Assembly (NCBI GenBank): GCA_963693055.1
Contig: OY843751.1
Location: forward strand, 5,248,001 to 5,312,000
Origin: a bacterium
GTDB lineage: Bacteria; Zhuqueibacterota; Zhuqueibacteria; Residuimicrobiales; Krinioviventaceae
DNA: 64,000 nucleotides
Direction: 5' to 3'
The position numbers and the translations under genes are program-made. Below the pieces are notes generated by a model. The model was not told where the DNA came from. It saw only the letters and a list, made by a program, of their open reading frames with translations, and searched no databases. Positions 37,773 to 47,935 of the stretch are shown here, one piece after another; position 1 is the stretch's first letter; each line of letters opens with the position of its first letter.

Positions 37773-37776
37773 CGAT

Positions 37777-38391
37777 TTATTTATGCTGTATTACAAAAAT
37801 CGAAAGGTCTGAAAATAAATTGGGAAAGAGATTAGAGAACACTCCGCCTTTGCGCGAACGCCCCAGATTGATCTGTTTGACAATCTTGAGATCATTTTTC
37901 TCGCACAAAGCCTTGAAATCCTTGATAGTAGTGAGGTGAATATTGGGTGTGTCGTACCATTCGTACGGCAGGGTTTTGGTTTTCGGCATGGTACCTTGCC
38001 AAAACAACTGCCAGCGCACTTTGAAATACGCAAAATTAATCAAACTGACAATGCCCGTTTGTCCTACGCGCAGCATTTCTTTGAGGATGTCATTGGGTCG
38101 CTTGACCGCCTGGATGGTTTGCGACAAAATCACATAATCGAACGAATGGTCCAGATACTCGCCCAATCCTTCATCCAAATCGCCCTGCAATACCGGCACA
38201 CCTTTTTCAACACATGCAGTGACATTTTCCACATCAATCTCGAGTCCGTGCCCCAGCACGTTTCTTTCGGTTACCAGTTGATGCAGCAAATCACCGGTCC
38301 CGCAACCCAAATCAAGCACCCGGCTGTTGCTGTTGACCAGTTCGGTGATCAGATGTAAATCCGGACGAATATGTATCAATCGTTTCGGCAA
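37777..38391 (-). CDS. metW: Methionine biosynthesis protein MetW
   Basis: RPDL, VLDLGCG.G, FDYVILSQTIQ, LPYEWYDTPNIHL; follows metX. Confidence 0.95.
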   Translation of the reverse strand: MPKRLIHIRPDLHLITELVNSNSRVLDLGCGTGDLLHQLVTERNVLGHGLEIDVENVTACVEKGVPVLQGDLDEGLGEYLDHSFDYVILSQTIQAVKRPNDILKEMLRVGQTGIVSLINFAYFKVRWQLFWQGTMPKTKTLPYEWYDTPNIHLTTIKDFKALCEKNDLKIVKQINLGRSRKGGVFSNLFPNLFSDLSIFVIQHK

Positions 38392-38402
38392 ATCAATTCC
38401 TC

Positions 38403-39536
38403 TTATACATTCGCATAGTCTAAAAAACTGGATATCATTTTTTCCATAAACGAATTTGGCAATAAAAATGCGTCATGACCATATGGGGATGGGATCTCGC
38501 AAAAGGATACATGTTTTTGGTTCACTTTGAGCGCGCGTACAATATCTTTGGCCTGTTTGGTGGTGAACAACCAGTCCGATGAAAAAGACAAGACTAAAAA
38601 TTTTGCCATAACTCCCTTGAACGCATTCTCCAGGCTACCAAATTCCTGGTTCAGGTCATAATAATCAATGGCTTTGGTAATATAGAGATAGGTATTTGCA
38701 TCAAACCGCCGGATAAAGGACTCGCCCTGGTATCGCAAATAGCTTTCTACCTCAAAATCTGTTGTAAAGTCATAACCATAACGCTCTTTTTCGCGCAAGC
38801 GCCGACCGAATTTCTCGTGCATGGATTCTTCGCTGAGATAGGTTATGTGCGCAAGCATGCGCGCCACGCCCAACCCCTCTGCGGGAATGAGATCATGTTC
38901 AGAATAATCGCCTTTTTTCCAGTTGGCATCGGCGTAAATCGCCTGTCTGCCCACCTCATCAAAAGCAATACCCTGTGCGTTCAACCGGCTTGTAGTTGCA
39001 ATGGGAATGGCCGTTGAAACCATTTCCGGATATTTTATAGCCCATTCCAGCACCTGCATACCGCCCATGGATCCGCCAATGACCGCTAAAAGTTTAGAGA
39101 CGCCAAGATGCCGAATCAGCTCACGCTGCGCCCGCACCATATCGCCAATGGTCACTACCGGAAAATTGAGATTATACGGTTTATCGGTTTCGGGATTAAT
39201 TGATGTGGGGCCTGTTGAACCCTTGCACCCGCCAATGACATTTGAACAGATCATGAAATACTTTTCCGTGTCAAATGGACGTCCGGGGCCAACCATAAAA
39301 TCCCACCAGCCCGGCTTGCGGTCATCCGGTGTATAGTAACCCGCCACATGAGAATCCCCGGACAAAGCATGGGTAAGCAATATAGCATTGGTTCCCTGGT
39401 CATTCAACGTACCATAGGTTTCGTACGCAATGGTAATGGGGCCCAGGGTCTCACCACTGTCCAGCTTCATCTTGTTGGGTGGTTCCGCAAAGGTGTAATA
39501 TTGGATTTCTACAAGTCCGATTGATTTAGGATCCAT
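38403..39536 (-). CDS. metX: Homoserine O-acetyltransferase
   Basis: HALSGD, GGCKGSTGP, GGSMGGMQ, RFDANTY, GHDAFL. Confidence 0.95.
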   Translation of the reverse strand: MDPKSIGLVEIQYYTFAEPPNKMKLDSGETLGPITIAYETYGTLNDQGTNAILLTHALSGDSHVAGYYTPDDRKPGWWDFMVGPGRPFDTEKYFMICSNVIGGCKGSTGPTSINPETDKPYNLNFPVVTIGDMVRAQRELIRHLGVSKLLAVIGGSMGGMQVLEWAIKYPEMVSTAIPIATTSRLNAQGIAFDEVGRQAIYADANWKKGDYSEHDLIPAEGLGVARMLAHITYLSEESMHEKFGRRLREKERYGYDFTTDFEVESYLRYQGESFIRRFDANTYLYITKAIDYYDLNQEFGSLENAFKGVMAKFLVLSFSSDWLFTTKQAKDIVRALKVNQKHVSFCEIPSPYGHDAFLLPNSFMEKMISSFLDYANV

Positions 39537-39553
39537 ACGTTTTCCAAAATATG

Positions 39554-39585
39554 ATATTGAAGCGGTTTTTGCACCGCTTCAATAT
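39554..39585. terminator. Intercistronic hairpin between cysK and metX
   Basis: ATATTGAAGCGGT/ACCGCTTCAATAT, perfect 13-bp stem; no clear U tract. Confidence 0.55.
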
Positions 39586-39614
39586 ACACAATTTAAGCAA
39601 AATGACAAACAGTT

Positions 39615-40589
39615 TTACATTCCGGTTTCGGTATTGAAGATACCTTCATACAGGATGCTTGAAAGATACCGTTCACCGCTATCCGGAAGAATAGCAACAA
39701 TGGTCTTACCGGCAAACTCATCCAGCTGGCCCAAACGCACTGCTGCTGCAACAGCCGCTCCGCAGGATATGCCGGCAAGAATACCTTCTTCTTTTGCCAG
39801 CCTGCGCGCGTATTGGATAGCATCGTCATTGCTCACCAGCTCAACCCGGTCTATCAGTGAAAGGTCCAGAATATCGGGAATGAATCCCGCGCCAATGCCC
39901 TGGATCTTGTGCGGTCCGGGAGCAATCTCCTGTTTGTTCAGGGTCTGAGAGATCACGGGACTGTCCTCAGGTTCTACCGCCACTGAACTAATGGCTTTGC
40001 CCTGTATATTTTTGAAATAGCGGGACAATCCGGTAATGGTACCGCCGGTACCCACACCCGAAACCAGAACATCGATATCCCCATCCGTGTCACTCCATAT
40101 TTCGGGACCGGTGGTCTTTTCATGCACCTCGGGATTCGCGGGATTCTTGAACTGCTGCAGCAGAACATATTTATCAGGATCGCTGGCCTGAATATCTTCG
40201 GCTTTTTCAACAGCACCTTTCATGCCTTTTGCGCCCTCGGTCAAAACCAGTTCTGCGCCTAAAGCTTTTAAGAGTTTACGTCGTTCAATGCTCATACTGT
40301 CCGGCATGGTCAATATGACTTTATATCCGCGGGCAGCACCCACATACGCAAGCGCTATACCGGTATTGCCGCTTGTGGGTTCCACAATCACACTGCCCGG
40401 CTTTAGCAGGCCTTTTTTCTCCGCATCCCAGATCATATTGGCGCCAATTCGGCACTTGACCGAGTATGCGGGATTCCGGCCCTCTATTTTTGCAAGGATG
40501 GTAGCTTTTCCACCATCCGTTATTCTGTTCAATCGGACCAGCGGGGTCCCGCCAATCGCATAGCTATTGTCGGAGAAAATTTTAGCCAT
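39615..40589 (-). CDS. cysK: Cysteine synthase A
   Basis: [11 protein letters not shown] (PLP lysine), [33 protein letters not shown]. Confidence 0.97.
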   Translation of the reverse strand: MAKIFSDNSYAIGGTPLVRLNRITDGGKATILAKIEGRNPAYSVKCRIGANMIWDAEKKGLLKPGSVIVEPTSGNTGIALAYVGAARGYKVILTMPDSMSIERRKLLKALGAELVLTEGAKGMKGAVEKAEDIQASDPDKYVLLQQFKNPANPEVHEKTTGPEIWSDTDGDIDVLVSGVGTGGTITGLSRYFKNIQGKAISSVAVEPEDSPVISQTLNKQEIAPGPHKIQGIGAGFIPDILDLSLIDRVELVSNDDAIQYARRLAKEEGILAGISCGAAVAAAVRLGQLDEFAGKTIVAILPDSGERYLSSILYEGIFNTETGM

Positions 40590-40606
40590 GGTCCACCTCC
40601 ATATAT

Positions 40607-41896
40607 TTATATTGTATCCAGCGATTGCTGAATATCATTGATGATATCATTCACATTTTCAATACCCACAGACATTCTGACAAAGTCCGGAGTAATACCC
40701 AGGTCCGTCAACTGTTGTTCGGACAACTGGGAATGGGTTGTACTGGCCGGATGCAATGCCAGGCTCTTGGCATCGCCCACATTGGCAAGGTGCGAGATCA
40801 ATTCAAGATTGTTGATGAATTTTTCCGCGTCATCGCGTTTATTGTTTACACCAAATGCAATGACACTGCCGTATCCGTTCTTTAAATACTTGTTTGCTGT
40901 TGCGTGTTCAGGATCATCAGCCAAACCGGGATAGCTCACCCATGAGATCTTCGGGTTTGATTTTAAATACTCGGCTACTTTTAACGCATTTTCACAATGA
41001 CGCTGCATACGCAAGGGCAAGGTCTCAATTCCCTGTAAAAACATCCAGGCATTGTCCGGAGAAATACATGCACCCAGGTTGCGCAGAGGCACCAGACGCA
41101 ATCTCATGATAAATGCAACAGGATTAAGATCACCCAGATCATGCGCGTAACGGATACCGTGATAGCTGTCATCCGGCTCGTTATAAAACTCGAATTTCTT
41201 GTCCGTCCAGTCAAAGTTTGCACCGTCAATAACAATACCGCCAATACCGGCACCATGACCGCCCATCCATTTGGTCAATGAATGGATCACAATATTTGCA
41301 CCGTGCTCAAGAGGACGCATCAGGTACGGAGTGGCAAATGTGGAATCCACAACCAATGGCAGATGATGCTTTTGCGCGATTTTTGCAACTGCCTCCATAT
41401 CGGTAACCTGCAATTTGGGATTGCCAATGGTTTCCACATAGAGCATTTTGGTTTTTTCATTGATGGCTTTTTCGAAATTTTCAGGATCTGAAGGATCTAC
41501 CAAATGCACCTTGATGCCCTGCTGCGGCAGAATATTGTCAAACATGGTATAGGTGCCGCCGTACAAGTTGTTAGCGGATACAATCTCGTCGCCAGCCTGG
41601 CAAATATTAAGTACCGTATAATGGATTGCCGAAGTACCGGAAGCCAGCGCAAGCGCAGCTCCGCCGCCCTCAAGCTGGGCTACCCGCTGTTCAAGAATAT
41701 CCTGAGTAGGATTTCCAAGCCGGGTATAGATATTACCCATTTCCTTTAACGCAAACAGGTTGGCTGCATGTTCGGTATTTTTAAATACATATGAACTGGT
41801 TCTATATACCGGAACCCCGCGGGACAGTGTCGTAGAATCGGGGATCTGTCCGCCATGCAGGGCCAGGGTCTCAAATGCTAATTTTTTATCTGACAT
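40607..41896 (-). CDS. metY: O-acetylhomoserine aminocarboxypropyltransferase (sulfhydrylase)
   Basis: [46 protein letters not shown]. Confidence 0.93.
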   Translation of the reverse strand: MSDKKLAFETLALHGGQIPDSTTLSRGVPVYRTSSYVFKNTEHAANLFALKEMGNIYTRLGNPTQDILEQRVAQLEGGGAALALASGTSAIHYTVLNICQAGDEIVSANNLYGGTYTMFDNILPQQGIKVHLVDPSDPENFEKAINEKTKMLYVETIGNPKLQVTDMEAVAKIAQKHHLPLVVDSTFATPYLMRPLEHGANIVIHSLTKWMGGHGAGIGGIVIDGANFDWTDKKFEFYNEPDDSYHGIRYAHDLGDLNPVAFIMRLRLVPLRNLGACISPDNAWMFLQGIETLPLRMQRHCENALKVAEYLKSNPKISWVSYPGLADDPEHATANKYLKNGYGSVIAFGVNNKRDDAEKFINNLELISHLANVGDAKSLALHPASTTHSQLSEQQLTDLGITPDFVRMSVGIENVNDIINDIQQSLDTI

Positions 41897-41923
41897 AGTG
41901 GTGCTCCTTTACTTGATCAATGG

Positions 41924-42367
41924 TTATATATAATAAATAAATTCCTGATTTTGCTGTTTCAGTTCGTTGACCCTGCGCATGATAGCGGCAAAAGTGATCG
42001 CATCCACAATTTCTGCCGTGGCTTTGTTCACATCTTGCCAAATCTCCTTTAACGCCTGGTTGGTATGCGCATCTCCATTGCCCTTCATATCGCTGCTGGT
42101 ATCAAGCGGCCCCTCAATGGTCCGAACTACATCACCAAGGATAATAGATTCCGGTGAACGGCCCAACATAAAGCCTCCGCCAATACCGCGTCTGCTTTCC
42201 ACATACCCCGCCTTTTTTAAAATCAGCATGATCTGCTCCAGATATTTCAACGGTATACTTTGCCGCTTGGAAATATCCGTCAATGGAACAATCTCACTGC
42301 CGGTATAGCGAAAAGACAGATCCAACAGGGCCTTGATGGCATATTCACTCTTGAATGTGATTTTCAT
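41924..42367 (-). CDS. Rrf2-family transcriptional regulator (CymR-like)
   Basis: YLEQI...L...G.V.S.RG..GG..L and EG motifs; no Fe-S cysteines; ATG 42367 after GGAG; first gene of the metY-cysK-metX-metW cluster. Confidence 0.9.
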   Translation of the reverse strand: MKITFKSEYAIKALLDLSFRYTGSEIVPLTDISKRQSIPLKYLEQIMLILKKAGYVESRRGIGGGFMLGRSPESIILGDVVRTIEGPLDTSSDMKGNGDAHTNQALKEIWQDVNKATAEIVDAITFAAIMRRVNELKQQNQEFIYYI

Positions 42368-42379
42368 TAGTTCTCCAAA

Positions 42380-42434
42380 TACGATAAATACTATAGTAAT
42401 AGTCATAATTTAAGACAAAAAAATATATTGTCAA
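42380..42434 (-). promoter_or_regulatory. sigma70 promoter with probable Rrf2 operator
   Basis: Minus strand TTGACA-16 bp-TAAATT followed by the palindrome ACTAT-tact-ATAGT. Confidence 0.55.
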
Positions 42435-42586
42435 GATTTATTTACAATTAAACCGGATTACTGCCGCATTTATTTCCAAAATCACACAGAAAAAATCATT
42501 GCTTTTCTTAAGATTTTGACTATTTTATAGAACATAGGGGCAAAGAATTGGGTACCAGCTGGCTGATTAAACTCTAGAGGAACAAG

Positions 42587-45500
42587 ATGAAAAGTATTAT
42601 TCGCTTTACCGTTTTGCTTTTTACGTTAATTCTCATATCAAGTTGCAGTAATCTAACTCCACCTGTCACCATCCAGAATCCTGTTTGCGAATACCTGACC
42701 AATCCAACAGGAATCGACACACCGTCACCAAAATTCAGTTGGCAATTGACCTCAAATCAACGGGGCCAAACACAATCCGCTTATCATATACTGGTAGCCA
42801 GCAGACCCAACAACCTTGAACAGGAATTTGGCGATTTATGGGACAGTGGAGTAATTGAATCCGGTCAAAGCCTGCACATACCATATCAGGGCAAAGCCCT
42901 GCAAAGCAACCAAACCTGCTACTGGCAGGTCAAAGTCTGGGACAAAGCAGGCAATGCTTCAAAATGGAGCGAACTAGCCCATTTTACAACAGGTATATTT
43001 GACAACTGGCAGGCAGAGTGGATTGGCAAAGACACGGATTTTCTGCCCGTTCTCGATGCTGAATATTATGACAGTCCCGCTGATCAACCCAAAGACACGG
43101 TCACTGTGAATGAGCGGTCAACGCTGCTCCGTAAAGAATTTAACACCTCCGGTACAATCAAACGCGCCATTGTAAACGTGACCGGACTGGGATTTTACGA
43201 GCTTTACCTAAACGAAACCAAAATTGGAGATAAAGCCCTCAATCCTGTCAAAACCAACTATCGCAATAAAGTCTATTACGATGTATACGATGTGACCCAC
43301 TTGCTGCAATCCGGGCAAAATGCAGTCGGTATCGAACTGGGTAACGGTTGGTTCAATCCTTTGAAAAAATGGTGGAGCTGGCGTATGCAGTGGTTTGGCC
43401 CCAAACGGGCCATTCTACAAATGCTGATCGAATATAAAGATGGCAGTACGGAACAGGTTATAACCGATGGGTCATGGAAAGCTTCTGATGGTGCAATTCT
43501 CTCAAGCTGTGTTTATGATGGTGAATATTACGATGCCAGAATTGAAAAACAAGGGTGGAACGCAACAGAGTATAATGATTCTCAATGGGAACCGGTCAAA
43601 ACCATGACGGCTCCCGGAGGAAAGCTGGTTGCCCAAACCATGGAACCTATCAAAATCACCCAAACACTGGAACCCGTTTCGGCTACAGAGCCGCAAAAGG
43701 GAGTTTATGTCTATGATATGGGACAAAATTTTGCCGGCTGGGCAAAAATTAAATTAAACGGAACAGCAAATACAATTATGACCGTGCAATATGCGGAAAA
43801 CCTGCTACAAAACGGTCTCGTGGACAAGAACACAAATAATCTGGTAGCAGCAAAAGATACATATATATTGAATGGTAATGAATCAGAAACCTATGAACCT
43901 CATTTTACTTATCACGGATTTCGATATATTCAGATTACCGCTGAACCTACCCTGCCCGAAATTGAATCCGTTACCGGTTGTGTGGTACATTCCGCCTGTG
44001 ATTTAACCGGATCATTCGAGACTGGAAACATCTTACTCGACAAAGTACAGCAGGCAACACTGTGGTCACAACGCAGCAATATGGTGGGATACCCCATGGA
44101 TTGTCCCCAACGCGATGAGCGCCTCGGTTGGTTGGGCGACGCGCACATTACGGCTGAAGAAGCCATGTACAATTTTCATACTCCCCTGTTTTACAAATAC
44201 TGGTTAAACAGTATACAACTCGGCCAGGACGAGCAGAGTGGCGACATCCCCTACATTGTTCCCCGCCCCTTAATGGAAGGCGGCACCCCGGCATGGAGCT
44301 CTGCCTATATTTTGATCTTGTGGTACCATTACCAGTTCTATGGTGACAAACAGCTCCTTGCGGACCATTATGAAAATCTAAAGGCTTATTTAGACCATTT
44401 ATCATCCACTGCTGAGGGATATATCCTCCCACATGACAAATACGGGGACTGGTACAGTATTGAACCCGACTGGTCACGGGGAAAACCCGAATCCGTGGGC
44501 ACATTTTACTATTATTACAACAGCATCTTGCTGAGTAAAATCGCTGGCATTCTGAATCTGCCGGATGATCAGCAAAAATACAACGAGCTTTCAAACAAAA
44601 TACAAGACGCCTATAATAAAAAGTATTTCGACGCCAAACAAAACATTTATGAAAATGGCGGACAGTACTCCAACTCGGCACCTCTGTTCCTGGGTATTAC
44701 TCCGGATGCTTCCCGGCAGGATGTACTACAATCGCTATTCCAGGATATCATCAAACGCGACAAGGGTCACATTTTGACCGGTATTTTGGGTACAAAATAC
44801 ATGATGGAAGCCCTGTCAAACGCTGGCGCTTACGAAATCGCATACCTGCTCGCAACCCAGCCCGACTATCCCGGTTGGTACGATCTGGTGAAAACCCGCA
44901 CTACCTTGTCCGAACATTGGGACCAGAGCGGCTCTAATAATCATGTTATGTTTGGCAGTATCAGCTCATGGTATTACAAGTTCCTGGCAGGTATTCAAAC
45001 AGACGAAACCCAGCCCGGCTTTAAACATATTATCATCAAACCCTATATTCAGGCAGAAACAGGCTATGTAGATGCAACGGTTAACACCTTGTACGGCATT
45101 GTCAAATCCAATTGGACATGCACAGAAACAGATTATCAATTAAGCATAACTATCCCCGTAAACACCACGGCAACAGTTTACCTGCCTGCCAAAGATAAAG
45201 AATCTGTCAAAGAAAGCAAAAAACCGGCAATAAACGCAGAGGGTGTACAATTTGTAAGAATGGATGGAAACCTTGCGGTATTTAAGGTTGGCTCCGGCAA
45301 TTATTCATTTTCAGTTGGCGACATTGAATCCGTAATCGACAAGCCGGCTGTTACCAGTCCCGAGATCACTCCCAATCTGCAATACTTTTTCAAACCGGAC
45401 AAGCTGACTATTGAATTAAAATGCGGTTCAAAGGATGCAAAGATCTATTATACACTGGATGGATCAGAACCGACTCAGGAATCCACATTGTACAAAAAAC

Positions 45501-46027
45501 CCTTTAGCATAGACAGCAGTACCCAGGTACGGGCCAGGTCCTTTAAAGCGGGCTGCAAACCCAGCCAAATTGCTTTCAAGCTGTACACCTGTATTGATCC
45601 TGAAAAAAATGGCGTTCAATATCAGATCTATAATGGTAATTTTCAGGAAATGCCCAATTTCAACACATTGCAGCCGGATGCCCAGGGATATGTTTACAAT
45701 ATTGATCTTAAAGACCTGCCCCTCACAACCAACATGTTTGCTGTCCAGTATAATGGATTTATCGATATTGAGCAGGCTGGCGATTATACTTTTTACAGCG
45801 GTTCGAATGACGGCAGCATTGTTTATATTGACGAAAAGATCGTCGTGGACAATGGCACCGGGCACATCTATATTGAAAAAAGCGGTGATGTACATCTCGA
45901 GTCCGGCAGACACAAAATCCGTACAACCTATTTCCAAAAAGGCGGCGCTAAAGCATTGGATGTAAGTTATGAAGGCCCGGGAATCGAAAAACAGATCGTC
46001 CCGGCGTTGATATTGTTTAGGGAATAA
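42587..46027 (+). CDS. Alpha-L-rhamnosidase (GH78) lipoprotein with C-terminal FN3-associated and PA14 domains
   Basis: LISSC lipobox; DLWDSG, DMGQNFAGW, FTYHGFRY, DCPQRDERLGWLGD, S.NH.MFG; IYYTLDGSEP; YTFY..SNDGS. Confidence 0.92.
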   Translation: MKSIIRFTVLLFTLILISSCSNLTPPVTIQNPVCEYLTNPTGIDTPSPKFSWQLTSNQRGQTQSAYHILVASRPNNLEQEFGDLWDSGVIESGQSLHIPYQGKALQSNQTCYWQVKVWDKAGNASKWSELAHFTTGIFDNWQAEWIGKDTDFLPVLDAEYYDSPADQPKDTVTVNERSTLLRKEFNTSGTIKRAIVNVTGLGFYELYLNETKIGDKALNPVKTNYRNKVYYDVYDVTHLLQSGQNAVGIELGNGWFNPLKKWWSWRMQWFGPKRAILQMLIEYKDGSTEQVITDGSWKASDGAILSSCVYDGEYYDARIEKQGWNATEYNDSQWEPVKTMTAPGGKLVAQTMEPIKITQTLEPVSATEPQKGVYVYDMGQNFAGWAKIKLNGTANTIMTVQYAENLLQNGLVDKNTNNLVAAKDTYILNGNESETYEPHFTYHGFRYIQITAEPTLPEIESVTGCVVHSACDLTGSFETGNILLDKVQQATLWSQRSNMVGYPMDCPQRDERLGWLGDAHITAEEAMYNFHTPLFYKYWLNSIQLGQDEQSGDIPYIVPRPLMEGGTPAWSSAYILILWYHYQFYGDKQLLADHYENLKAYLDHLSSTAEGYILPHDKYGDWYSIEPDWSRGKPESVGTFYYYYNSILLSKIAGILNLPDDQQKYNELSNKIQDAYNKKYFDAKQNIYENGGQYSNSAPLFLGITPDASRQDVLQSLFQDIIKRDKGHILTGILGTKYMMEALSNAGAYEIAYLLATQPDYPGWYDLVKTRTTLSEHWDQSGSNNHVMFGSISSWYYKFLAGIQTDETQPGFKHIIIKPYIQAETGYVDATVNTLYGIVKSNWTCTETDYQLSITIPVNTTATVYLPAKDKESVKESKKPAINAEGVQFVRMDGNLAVFKVGSGNYSFSVGDIESVIDKPAVTSPEITPNLQYFFKPDKLTIELKCGSKDAKIYYTLDGSEPTQESTLYKKPFSIDSSTQVRARSFKAGCKPSQIAFKLYTCIDPEKNGVQYQIYNGNFQEMPNFNTLQPDAQGYVYNIDLKDLPLTTNMFAVQYNGFIDIEQAGDYTFYSGSNDGSIVYIDEKIVVDNGTGHIYIEKSGDVHLESGRHKIRTTYFQKGGAKALDVSYEGPGIEKQIVPALILFRE

Positions 46028-46032
46028 TATCA

Positions 46033-46064
46033 AGTCGTCAGTTATCAGTATTCAGTAATCAGTG
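46033..46064 (+). repeat. Heptamer tandem repeat (AGTNNTC)n
   Basis: agtcgtc agttatc agtattc agtaatc agtg. Confidence 0.8.
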
Positions 46065-46150
46065 ATTGACTTGCAGGATACGAATTGCTATGTCATTTTT
46101 GAAAAACTGAACCACAAAGTCGCAAAGGATACATAGATCAATTTGAGGAC

Positions 46151-46203
46151 AAGCGAGTTTGTAAAACGAAATTCATTTCGTTTGTCCGTCACAGTCGGAC
46201 ATG
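46151..46203. repeat. 53-bp two-hairpin dispersed repeat, copy 2
   Basis: AACGAAAT/ATTTCGTT and TGTCCG/CGGACA hairpins; matches 37630-37682. Confidence 0.8.
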
Positions 46204-46236
46204 AACAAGAGTAGTTTCAATTGTGAACTATTTTAA

Positions 46237-46313
46237 TTAAACCACAAAGCGCACGAAGGACACAAAGGAACAACAAAACAATCTTTTGTGTTCTTCTTTT
46301 CTTCGTGGTTTAA
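46237..46313. repeat. Imperfect hairpin made of 9-nt-period AACCACAAAG/CACAAAG units
   Basis: TTAAACCACAAAG...CTTCGTGGTTTAA; half copies at 46110-46136 and 37204-37230. Confidence 0.6.
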
Positions 46314-46333
46314 ATTTGAGTGCAGAAATTTAA

Positions 46334-46364
46334 GATCGTGACGAAGATAATCTCCGTCACGATC
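46334..46364. repeat. 31-bp palindrome, copy 1
   Basis: GATCGTGACGAAGAT-a-ATCTCCGTCACGATC. Confidence 0.9.
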
Positions 46365-46408
46365 AAAAAGAGAGTAATGTACTGGACAAAAAATAGGATT
46401 CAATGTCT

Positions 46409-46444
46409 TTGTTCAGTTAGAATGCTTTACATCTAACTGAACAA
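46409..46444. repeat. Inverted repeat (possible terminator of the AT-rich gene)
   Basis: TTGTTCAGTTAGA / TCTAACTGAACAA, perfect 13-bp arms. Confidence 0.65.
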
Positions 46445-46500
46445 GTCTGGCCGTTAAAGGATTATCCAAACGATAAAAATTGAAAAAAGATTTATAACAA

Positions 46501-47700
46501 TCAGATATCAGAAAAGTTTATTTGTATATTGTGAATTAATTCTTGAAAATTTTCTTTGCTATTTTTTAAATTATCTTCTTTAAGATAATTTTTAATCATC
46601 ATTCTTTTTAAATCATTAAATATTGTAAATTTATATTTTGAACCGATATTGGAATTTTCAATGATTAAGTCATTCAATATTTTTTGTTGATTTACATTTG
46701 TTATCTTATCCCATACTGATGGAGTAATAAACCAGTGATCCGTTCCATAAATCATCCAACTTTCTAACATGTCAAGAATTTCTATTGTTGTAGGAAAATT
46801 TGACAAGTATGAATTGAGATAATCAGAATTTTCTTCGGCACTAACAAATAAAATATTTGTTTTATTAATTTCAGGAATGATTAGAAGAATAGCATGAATA
46901 TTTGTAATTGATCCTCGATCATCTACTTTGAAATTTCCTTTTCCCGATAAACATACGGGTAAAACTTCATCTATTTGTAGAATTCTAATTGCTAAACCTG
47001 ATTTAGAGTTATTTTCAATATCATTGATTATATTATTCAACAAGGTGTTATTAAAATACTCATACTCTTTTTCAATTTGAGATAATAAGTGATTAATAGC
47101 ATTGCTCTTCGTATCATTTAAATTGATTTTATAACTTTTCAATTTTCTGAGCTTCAAATATTCATATAAAGAATCAATTATTTTTTTATTTCTTATTTGT
47201 TGGTAAGAAAAATTCACTTGTTCTAAAAATTCTATTTCAGTTTTATACCTAATAATTTCTCTACAAATAGATCTATATATTTGTAACAAATAATGTTTGG
47301 TTTCATTAAAAGTACCCAAATTTTCTTGTTCTCTAAAAATCAATTCATGTTCTTCACAAAACCCAGGAAATGTAGTTGCTACATTTAGTCCAATTTTTTT
47401 CATTTGCATTTTTCCAGATTTTACATCAAAATCTGGAGTATATAAATGGTTATCTTCAGATATAACTTTAAGTGATGAGCTTTTAGGAATTGTGTGTGAT
47501 TTTTTAATACTTTTTTTATTACAATTCTTGTAAATACATTTTCTACTTTTTTTCCATTTTTTTATCTGCTTTTTGTTATTTTGATAATAAAATTTTAATC
47601 TCTCAGAATCATTTTCAAAAACAAAATTTCTTTTGTTATAAAACTCGTTAATAAGTTTGTCTATTGCCTCAGACAATATTTTTTCCATCTTTGTTTTCAT
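46501..47700 (-). CDS. AT-rich hypothetical protein with a Cys/His putative metal-binding motif
   Basis: 399-aa ORF; C.YKNC...SHTI...ATTFPGFCEEH; much more AT-rich than neighbours. Confidence 0.8.
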   Translation of the reverse strand: MKTKMEKILSEAIDKLINEFYNKRNFVFENDSERLKFYYQNNKKQIKKWKKSRKCIYKNCNKKSIKKSHTIPKSSSLKVISEDNHLYTPDFDVKSGKMQMKKIGLNVATTFPGFCEEHELIFREQENLGTFNETKHYLLQIYRSICREIIRYKTEIEFLEQVNFSYQQIRNKKIIDSLYEYLKLRKLKSYKINLNDTKSNAINHLLSQIEKEYEYFNNTLLNNIINDIENNSKSGLAIRILQIDEVLPVCLSGKGNFKVDDRGSITNIHAILLIIPEINKTNILFVSAEENSDYLNSYLSNFPTTIEILDMLESWMIYGTDHWFITPSVWDKITNVNQQKILNDLIIENSNIGSKYKFTIFNDLKRMMIKNYLKEDNLKNSKENFQELIHNIQINFSDI

Positions 47701-47935
47701 AGTATAATATTCAATTTCGTTTGCATATGTAAAAAACCTGAATCAAATTGGAAAACTCATTAGATTAGATTTAAAAAATAAAGAAAAATATTATCTTGAT
47801 CAACTAGAATTGCTACGCATAATTAATATCAATTGACAAAAACAAAATAACGATTATTAATCTTTGAAAATCTGTGTTGATTTGTGGCTGACTTACACTC
47901 TCCAGCTTAACAACTGAGAAATTATTTTATTACCA

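Noticed and set aside
46409-46500. Possible integron attC site next to the AT-rich gene (TCTAAC / GTTAGA, GTTAAA motifs)
   Set aside because: The core sites are only about 15 nt apart or in the wrong order, there are no L boxes, and no integrase is in the window.
46082-47816. GAATTGCTA occurring twice around the AT-rich gene as a possible target duplication
   Set aside because: Only 9 bp in AT-rich DNA, and not symmetric with the palindrome boundaries; may be chance.
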